Below, in pieces: positions 8,137 through 14,268 of a DNA stretch of 14,268 nt (position 1 is its first letter; each line of letters begins with the position of its first letter). The stretch lies in the NCBI GenBank assembly GCA_046583355.1, contig JAYGCM010000067.1, positions 1-14,268 of the forward strand, in the 5' to 3' direction. The stretch is from Deltaproteobacteria bacterium (GTDB taxonomy: Bacteria > Desulfobacterota > Binatia > UBA12015). The translations under genes and the position numbers were made by a program. The notes beneath the pieces were generated by a model. That model was not told the DNA's origin, ran no database searches, and saw only the letters and a program-made list of their open reading frames with translations.

Positions 8137-8431
8137 TGATCGGCGTGGTGCCCGGCAAGCCGGGTTGGGTGTCTGACGCTGTCTATCGGCACGGAGATCA
8201 CGAAGCGCCAACGCGGCGCGTCGCACCGCGTATCTGCCCATGCATCGCGCATATGGCCCTCACCTCTCGACCCTCTTGTGAAGAAAAACGCCCAACTACT
8301 GAAATTCTTCATTGCCCGCGGCAATCCCATCCGCCATCCTTCTACATTCAATCGGGGTTGCCTGATGCAGGTAAGGTGGCCTCTCCTTTATTAGTCCGAC
8401 AACCGAAATCCAGTCTTCCCGAGGACTCCGG

Positions 8432-10393
8432 ATGCAGAAACTCGAGAACCCGATGCAACGACCAAGACGACTACGCCTTCCTCCGTACCTTCTCGGCACG
8501 CTCGCGCTTCTGCTGACCTTCGCGTTGGGTGCGCCGGACGCAGCGGCCGTCTGTGGGGATCTGGTGAACGACGCCGGTGAGGAATGCGACGGGGGCCTGT
8601 GCTGCGAAAGCGATTGTACACGCAAGGCGTCGGGTACCGAATGCCGCGCCGCGACCGGGATCTGCGACCTCGCGGAGGTCTGCAACGGCACCGACGGATG
8701 GTGCCCGAGCGATGAGTTCCGCAGCAACACCACCGTATGCCGCCCGACTCTCGGAAACTGCGACCTTGAGGAAACCTGTATGGGTTCCTCCGGGCAATGC
8801 CCCGTCGATACCGTCTTTCCGGCCGCGACCGTCTGCCGCGCCAGCAGCGGTGTCTGCGATCTCGAGGAGGCCTGTGATGGCACCAACGGCACCTGCCCGG
8901 CCGATGCCTTCGAAGCACCCACGACCGAGTGCCGTGCGTCCGGTGGCGACTGCGACCCGGCCGAGGCCTGCACCGGCACTTCGGCCCTCTGTCCCTTTGA
9001 TTCCTACCTTTCGGCCTCGACCGTCTGCCGCGCCAGCACGGACCTCTGCGACGCCGCCGAGCAATGCACCGGCGAGGATGTCGATTGTCCCTCCGACGAG
9101 GTCGAGAGCGATACTACGATCTGTCGCGCTGCCGCCGGCACCTGTGATGATGCCGAATATTGCGATGGCTTCGATTCGGTCTGTCCTGAAGACGAGTTGA
9201 ACTTCGGCGACGAATGCCGGCCCATGGCGGGGCCGTGCGATATCGAGGAATATTGCGAGGGCGAGAGCATCGAATGCCCGCTCGACGAGTTCATCCCGCT
9301 GGACGACGAGGAAGAATGCCGCGAAGAAGCCGATGATTGCGATGTCGAAGAATATTGCGACGGCAGCGGTGCGCAATGCCCGACCGACCGGGTACGAAAT
9401 TCCTCCTATCGCTGCCGCTCGCGCGCGGGCGATTGCGATCGCCCTGAAAGTTGCGACGGTTTCCATATCGAATGTCCGGCCGATGTGCTGCGCCGCGCCG
9501 ATGTGCGCTGCCGCCGCGCGGCCGGCGTCTGCGACGAGAAGGAGGTCTGCGACGGCGTCACGGCGGCATGTCCGGCCGATGCCTTGGTTGCCGGTGGCAC
9601 GATCTGCAACGAGTCTGCGGGCCTCTGTGACCCCGCGGAGACCTGCGATGGCCTCACGTCCGAGTGCCCGGAAGACGCGCTTGCCGCAGCCGGAACCGAG
9701 TGCCGTGCTGCGGAGGATGCGCAATGCGACCTTGCCGAGCAATGCAGCGGCAACAGCACCGATTGCGCGGTGGATACCTTCGTGGCCGACCAGCAGACCT
9801 GCGACGACGGCGACCTTTCGACGACCGGTGAAACCTGCGTCGACGGCTTCTGCGGCTGCAGTGGCGGCGACCTCGATAACGACTCGCTGACTGATAATTG
9901 CGATGACGAGGAGGCCGTCCTTACGGTCACCAACCTCAAATTGCGCACCTCCTGGACGACGCGTCTGGGAGCGATCGCCGCGCGTGGCACCTTTGCGGTG
10001 GGAACCCACGGCGCCGACGATACCTTCAACCCGCTCGGCGGCCTTCGCTTTCGCTTGACTGCGGGCTCCGGCGGCACACTCGATGAACGAGTCGAATTCG
10101 GAGTCGGCGATTGTGTCCAAACGGGCGGCGGCTTCAGGTGCAAGCTCGCGGGCCGCGCCGGAAACGCAGTCTTCCGCGCGCAACGCGGTGAGGAGGGGGT
10201 CGTCACGGGCTATCAATGGAAGGCGCGTCTGAGGAATATCGACGTGCCGCAGGGGACACCCGCGCCGATCGTCCTCTCGCTTACGACCTACGCCATCGAC
10301 CGGGTCGCGACACTCGATGTGTGCGTGCCCAAGCATTTGAAGGCCATCCTGTGCTCGACCTCCAGCAGCAGGGATAACGAAGGTGGATCATGA
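8432..10393 (+). CDS. Secreted cysteine-rich protein with 12 tandem disintegrin-like repeats, a Ca-binding-like acidic motif and an unknown C-terminal domain (653 aa)
   Basis: GAGGA RBS; signal peptide ending about DAAA; CGD..EECDG..CC..C head; 12 x about 32 aa CRx5CDxxExCxGx4CPxD; CDDGD..T..C...C; DLDNDSLTDNCD; about 150-aa Cys-poor tail. Confidence 0.9.
   Translation: MQKLENPMQRPRRLRLPPYLLGTLALLLTFALGAPDAAAVCGDLVNDAGEECDGGLCCESDCTRKASGTECRAATGICDLAEVCNGTDGWCPSDEFRSNTTVCRPTLGNCDLEETCMGSSGQCPVDTVFPAATVCRASSGVCDLEEACDGTNGTCPADAFEAPTTECRASGGDCDPAEACTGTSALCPFDSYLSASTVCRASTDLCDAAEQCTGEDVDCPSDEVESDTTICRAAAGTCDDAEYCDGFDSVCPEDELNFGDECRPMAGPCDIEEYCEGESIECPLDEFIPLDDEEECREEADDCDVEEYCDGSGAQCPTDRVRNSSYRCRSRAGDCDRPESCDGFHIECPADVLRRADVRCRRAAGVCDEKEVCDGVTAACPADALVAGGTICNESAGLCDPAETCDGLTSECPEDALAAAGTECRAAEDAQCDLAEQCSGNSTDCAVDTFVADQQTCDDGDLSTTGETCVDGFCGCSGGDLDNDSLTDNCDDEEAVLTVTNLKLRTSWTTRLGAIAARGTFAVGTHGADDTFNPLGGLRFRLTAGSGGTLDERVEFGVGDCVQTGGGFRCKLAGRAGNAVFRAQRGEEGVVTGYQWKARLRNIDVPQGTPAPIVLSLTTYAIDRVATLDVCVPKHLKAILCSTSSSRDNEGGS
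8633..9790 (+). repeat. Coding tandem array of 12 disintegrin-like repeats (about 96 nt period)
   Basis: Counted from the translation, GTECRAATGICDLAEVCNGTDGWCPSD through GTECRAAEDAQCDLAEQCSGNSTDCAVD. Confidence 0.9.
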
Positions 10394-10463
10394 TTCTCCG
10401 ACGGCGCCAGCGGGGTCCCTGGACGACCCTCGGCCGCTGAGAGGGCCTCTCCTACTCTCCGGG

Positions 10464-10494
10464 AAAGCGGGAACCCCGCTTTATTCCGCTACAC
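10464..10494 (-). repeat. REP-like element, copy 1 (GTAG followed by a palindrome); may also act as terminator between convergent genes
   Basis: Minus strand reads GTGTAGCGGAATAAAGCGGGGTTCCCGCTTT. Hairpin AAAGCGGG/CCCGCTTT at 10464-10482. 20 bp perfectly match 11976-11995 in inverted orientation. Confidence 0.6.
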
Positions 10495-10507
10495 CCCTGT
10501 CCCTCCC

Positions 10508-11203
10508 TTAGCGCCGCTCCCAGGTCGAATCGTTTTCGGCGCGAATCGCAAGCACGGTGACGACACCTTGGGAGTCCAAAGCCAGTTCTTCTTCCAGAAT
10601 GCGGGTAGAATAGGTCCAACCCTCGGGGGCGGAAAAATAGGCAAGAGCGTCGGCACCTTGGAAATCGATGCTCTCCAGATCGAAGGGGTCGATATCGTGC
10701 GCAAAGAGAACAAAGACGTTTTCTTCGGGGTCGGTGAGCTCGTGAACCCGGCTTCCGGCGGGGTAGCGCAGGAGCGTATCGCGCAGGACTTGAGATTCGA
10801 CGACGATCCCGTCTGCGCCGGCTTGCAGAATTCGGGCATCGAGAACCTTGGCGATCAGCTTGTATTCGTTGCCGGGAACCTCGGGCACGAAATCCATGGC
10901 GTCGGGAACTCCCTCCAGAGAGGGGCGGTTCCTCATCTCGCCGATGGGCAGAAGCACCTGGGTGGGCCCTTTTGTCCAACCGGCTGGTGGTTCAATCGCA
11001 AAAAATTGCTCGAACGTGCACTCGTTACAATCGTAGGCCAGAGAGGCGAACGCGTTCTCGCCGGTTCTCTTCATCATATGGTGAGTGAAGGCGGATGCCA
11101 TGCCCGCCAGTGGATCCGAATTCGTGTCGCTATCCCCGCATCCGGCGCTAGCAAGCGTAAGCACCAGAAACGCGGTCGTGGTATTTTTCAATAACCGTCT
11201 CAT
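10508..11203 (-). CDS. Hypothetical lipoprotein (231 aa)
   Basis: Basic n-region, hydrophobic core and lipobox LASAG-C; CNEC motif; C-terminal YPAGSRVHELTDPEENVFVL...PEGWTYSTRIL. AAAGGCGG upstream. Confidence 0.8.
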   Translation of the reverse strand: MRRLLKNTTTAFLVLTLASAGCGDSDTNSDPLAGMASAFTHHMMKRTGENAFASLAYDCNECTFEQFFAIEPPAGWTKGPTQVLLPIGEMRNRPSLEGVPDAMDFVPEVPGNEYKLIAKVLDARILQAGADGIVVESQVLRDTLLRYPAGSRVHELTDPEENVFVLFAHDIDPFDLESIDFQGADALAYFSAPEGWTYSTRILEEELALDSQGVVTVLAIRAENDSTWERR

Positions 11204-11334
11204 AAGCCGCCTTTTTTCATCTTCTTTAGGGGTGGGTCAACCCGCTTCGATGTCCGCCCATCAGGCTGGTGGATGTCTCAAGGAAGGCCGCCGAGGCCGA
11301 TCGGTAGACGTCGCGCCTCTGGAGTTCTTCAGAA

Positions 11335-11384
11335 TGCGCCAGGTAGGGATCGAACCTGCGACCTACGGCTTAGAAGGCCGTTGC
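11335..11384 (-). pseudogene. 3' fragment of tRNA-Arg(TCT); candidate attachment site (attR) of an integrative element
   Basis: Minus strand: GCA ACGGC CTTCTAA GCCGT AGGTC GCAGG TTCGATC CCTAC CTGGCGC A, i.e. anticodon arm (TCT at 11372-11374), variable loop, T arm and 3' acceptor strand. No D arm or 5' acceptor strand upstream, and no CCA. Confidence 0.85.
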
Positions 11385-11622
11385 CAAGGTTTCTCAGCGA
11401 CCGTCAGCGACCAATTGGCGGGGGTTTTTGTAAACGACTTTGGTCGTGGAAGGGCGTGGGCGGGCGTGGAGACCCGCACAAAAACCGGCACACGCTTTTC
11501 CCTGCCTTGCCTTCACCACCGTTCCCGCAGCGGGGCAATCCACTCATTTTGGTTCAGCCAGACGCGAATCCCCAGCAACGCATACGACAGGGTTCCCGCT
11601 CAGCCAGGGGTCTCGATGAGGG

Positions 11623-11975
11623 TCAGCAGATGACTGTGTAATACGCAATGGTTGTCAGGCTTGACGCACAAATCGGGTTTGTCCTATGCGAGCAACACCA
11701 CGGTTTTCCACCGTGACTAATGTGGCCCGGGGTGGCCGCCGCATCCATGAAGAGGTGGCTAGCACCGTCGCAAGTTATGTCACCGGAGTCGTTCTCTCCA
11801 CTTACCGACGGAACAATGGTCGTGGCGTAGGAGAGGTCGTCTCCCTCTAGTATTGGGTACAGCAACGTCACGACCCGGTTGACTGTTTCGCCATTCACCT
11901 CGCAGGTGAAATCTGCGTTCGGCGGATCTCCCGCGAAGGAATCCGTCCCGTCTCCCCAGATTTTAATGAAACGGC
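11623..11975 (-). pseudogene. 5'-truncated gene fragment of a hypothetical protein
   Basis: The 91-aa ORF frame stays open and protein-like upstream of GTG 11898: FIKIWGDGTDSFAGDPPNADFTCEVNGETVNRVVTLLYPILEGDDLSY...HLFMD...YYTVIC*. It runs into the REP-like repeat at 11976 with no start codon. Confidence 0.6.
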
Positions 11976-11995
11976 GTGTAGCGGAATAAAGCGGG
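11976..11995 (+). repeat. REP-like element, copy 2 (half copy), inverted relative to copy 1
   Basis: GTGTAGCGGAATAAAGCGGG is the exact reverse complement of 10475-10494. Confidence 0.65.
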
Positions 11996-12156
11996 TTCTG
12001 GGTTTGTGGTTTGGGCAGGCGGCGACTGAGCCGCCCGCCACGGGTGGCGGTTTGACGATTGTAGGCGCGAGGCTTCCGCCACGCAGCTGTCTGCGTGCAG
12101 AATTCCCCTGATTTTCCCCTAGATTTCGCGTGCCGCAGTAGGATACACCTAGGGGG

Positions 12157-14268
12157 ATGATGTTCTCTCCTTCGACCCCGGGCGCCCGCAGTGGCCTTTG
12201 CGCCTCTGCGATGATCCTGTTTCTCGCCGCAGCGGCTTCAGCATTCGCGGCACCCGAAGTTTGCGGCGACGGCATCGTCGTTGACGGGCTGGAGGAATGC
12301 GACGACGGTGGCGAAAACAGCGGCTGGATGGCTGTGGCAGCGGGCGCCGAACATACCTGCGCTCTGGACTCGAGCGCCGCGGCGATCTGCTGGGGAGCCA
12401 ACGGATCCGGCCAGGCCACCAACCAGCCCGGTCCCTACTCGCAGATCGCCGCCGGAGCTTTCCATACATGCGCCCTGGGCACCGACGGCTCGCTCGATTG
12501 CTGGGGCAGCAACGCCGAGTTTCAGAGTCCCGACAAGGAAGGTCCGTTCACCCAGGTCACGACCGGTCGGCTGCATACCTGCGTCCTGGACCTGGATGGC
12601 TTCGTCACCTGCTGGGGCAACAACGACGACGGCCAGACAGCCTTCCAAGCTGGCACCTACACCCAGATCAGCGCCGGAGATTTCCACACATGCGGCCTGC
12701 TGGCCGATGGCTCGGTCGATTGCTGGGGCCGCGACATCGACGGCCAGGCAACCGACCAGGTCGGACCCTATATCGAGGTAGCTGCTGGAGGGTTTCACAC
12801 GTGTGCGTTGAACGCTGCGGGCTGGGTCGATTGCTGGGGCAACAACGACGACGGCCAGGCTGGTGGATCAGCTGCCGTGCCTTTCCAGATAGGCTTCTTG
12901 CAAATTGCGGCTGGGCTCTACCACTCTTGTGCGACCTCCAACTCCCCGATCCAAATCATCGGCTGCGCGGGACGCAACGACCACGGTGAGGCGAACCAGA
13001 TACTTTCTAACGGCGATTACGACCAGATGGCGCTCGGATGGCACCATACCTGCGCCCTCACTGTCGGTGGCTCGATCCATTGCTGGGGCCAGAACACATC
13101 GGGCCAGACTACCGTCCCGACGCCGCCGATCGGCCTATCGGGCGACGGATGCAGCGACTCCTGTATCGTCGAGCCAGGTTGGGTCTGCGATGATAGTGAG
13201 CCCAGTATCTGCCACGAGACTGTCTGCGGAGACCTGGTCGTCGAGGGCGACGAAGAATGCGATGACGCCAGCGGCAACTGGGTGCAGCTTGCCACCAGGA
13301 CCAGCTACCACGCCTGTGCGCTGGCAGGCGACGGCTCGGTCGACTGCTGGGGATCTGACGCCAACGGCCAGGCGACCGATCAGGTCGGACCCTATTCACA
13401 GATCACGGTCGGGGATTCTCACAATTGTGCGCTGGCGTTGGATGGTTCCGTCGACTGCTGGGGCCTGAACCAGTCTGGTCAGTCCGACGACCAGCCGGGC
13501 CCCTACTCCCAGGTCGCCGCAGGGTCTTACCATTCCTGCGCGGTGGCGGCCGACGGCTCGGTCAACTGCTGGGGGGAGGAGGAGGAGGACCAGCCCGGTA
13601 CATACTCTCAGGTCGCCGCTGGCTACAGCTTCAGCTGTGCGTTGGCCGCGGATGGCTCGGTCCATTGCTGGGGACGGAACAATTGGGGTCAGGCTGTTGA
13701 TCAGGTGGGTCCATATGTGCAGATATCTGCCGGAGAAGGACACGCCTGCGCTCTCGCATCTGACGGCTCGGTCAACTGCTGGGGCCATGACTCCCACGAT
13801 CAGGCGACCGATCAGGCCGGTCCCTACACAGAAGTCAGGGTCGGCACTAATCACACGTGTGCTCTCACGCCCTTGGGGGCGGTCGATTGCTGGGGACAGA
13901 ACTCTTACGGTCAAGCGACCAACCAACCCGGACCCTACACACAGATCAGCGTCGGCAGTCTGTTCACCTGCGCGCTGGCGGCCGACGGCGGGGTCGATTG
14001 CTGGGGAAGTAATTATTTGGGCGCGTTGAATGTTCCGCCGGTATCGGGCGACGGCTGCAGCGAGGCCTGTACCATCGAACCGGGCTGGATCTGCGATGAT
14101 GCCAGCCCCACCGTCTGCACGGAGATCATCTGCGGCGATGGCACGGTTGGCGGCGACGAGGAATGCGACGACGGTGCGCTCAATGGCGGAGGTCGATCGT
14201 GTTGTGCGTCGGATTGCACGTTCGAGCCAGACGGGCCGAATAGCTGTGATGGCGAACTCTGCACGGTG
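12157..14268 (+). CDS. Large secreted protein with Myxococcus Cys-rich (DUF4215/TIGR02232-like) repeats and two 7-repeat RCC1/BLIP-II-like propellers; 3' end runs off the window
   Basis: Not in the ORF track. Frame is open from ATG 12157 (or 12160) to the window end. Signal peptide (MILFLAAAASAFA), CGDGIVVDGLEECDDG, 14 repeats of about 37 aa (YxQIxAGxxHTCALxxDGSVxCWGxNxxGQ), and two GDGCSxxCxxEPGWxC segments. Confidence 0.92.
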   Translation, partial: MMFSPSTPGARSGLCASAMILFLAAAASAFAAPEVCGDGIVVDGLEECDDGGENSGWMAVAAGAEHTCALDSSAAAICWGANGSGQATNQPGPYSQIAAGAFHTCALGTDGSLDCWGSNAEFQSPDKEGPFTQVTTGRLHTCVLDLDGFVTCWGNNDDGQTAFQAGTYTQISAGDFHTCGLLADGSVDCWGRDIDGQATDQVGPYIEVAAGGFHTCALNAAGWVDCWGNNDDGQAGGSAAVPFQIGFLQIAAGLYHSCATSNSPIQIIGCAGRNDHGEANQILSNGDYDQMALGWHHTCALTVGGSIHCWGQNTSGQTTVPTPPIGLSGDGCSDSCIVEPGWVCDDSEPSICHETVCGDLVVEGDEECDDASGNWVQLATRTSYHACALAGDGSVDCWGSDANGQATDQVGPYSQITVGDSHNCALALDGSVDCWGLNQSGQSDDQPGPYSQVAAGSYHSCAVAADGSVNCWGEEEEDQPGTYSQVAAGYSFSCALAADGSVHCWGRNNWGQAVDQVGPYVQISAGEGHACALASDGSVNCWGHDSHDQATDQAGPYTEVRVGTNHTCALTPLGAVDCWGQNSYGQATNQPGPYTQISVGSLFTCALAADGGVDCWGSNYLGALNVPPVSGDGCSEACTIEPGWICDDASPTVCTEIICGDGTVGGDEECDDGALNGGGRSCCASDCTFEPDGPNSCDGELCTV

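Noticed and set aside
8140..8431. Riboswitch or small gene upstream of the disintegrin-repeat gene
   Set aside because: Only short hairpins (about 8151-8164 and 8358-8374), no recognisable aptamer consensus, and the ORFs here lack protein-like features.
8471..10336. 621-aa minus-strand ORF and other ORFs overlapping the repeat genes
   Set aside because: Shadow frames of the Cys-rich repeat genes.
11335..11410. Intact tRNA-Arg gene
   Set aside because: No 5' acceptor strand or D arm is present, and the T stem has a mismatch, so it is only a 3' fragment.
11085..11641. Integrase remnant in plus-strand ORFs near the att site
   Set aside because: No tyrosine-recombinase catalytic motifs (R, HxxR, Y). 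The ORFs simply run through the tRNA fragment and short repeats.
12157..14268. Diversity-generating retroelement target
   Set aside because: No reverse transcriptase in the window and no template/variable repeat pair differing only at adenines was seen.

Overview
GC-rich bacterial window; the Cys-rich secreted repeat proteins suggest a Deltaproteobacteria-like lineage such as Ca. Binatia or Myxococcota, but this is inference only. The left part (1-8013) is mostly housekeeping: partial S41 protease CtpA, an unusual Lgt-like/lipobox/TlpA-thioredoxin fusion, a DUF1285-like gene, trmL, an acyl-CoA synthetase, a gamma-carbonic anhydrase-like gene, prfC and a TesB-like thioesterase. Two unrelated MITE-like palindromes with candidate target-site duplications follow trmL (CTAG, 3063-3229) and the thioesterase (TGA, 8011-8139). 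The right part (8432-14268) looks accessory. It holds a secreted protein with 12 tandem ADAM-type disintegrin-like repeats, a hypothetical lipoprotein, a 3' fragment of tRNA-Arg(TCT) that looks like an att site, and a 5'-truncated gene. A 20-bp inverted-repeat pair brackets the last three. The window ends in a large secreted protein, absent from the ORF track, in which two sets of seven RCC1/BLIP-II-like repeats are each inserted inside a Myxococcus-type (DUF4215) cysteine-rich repeat.
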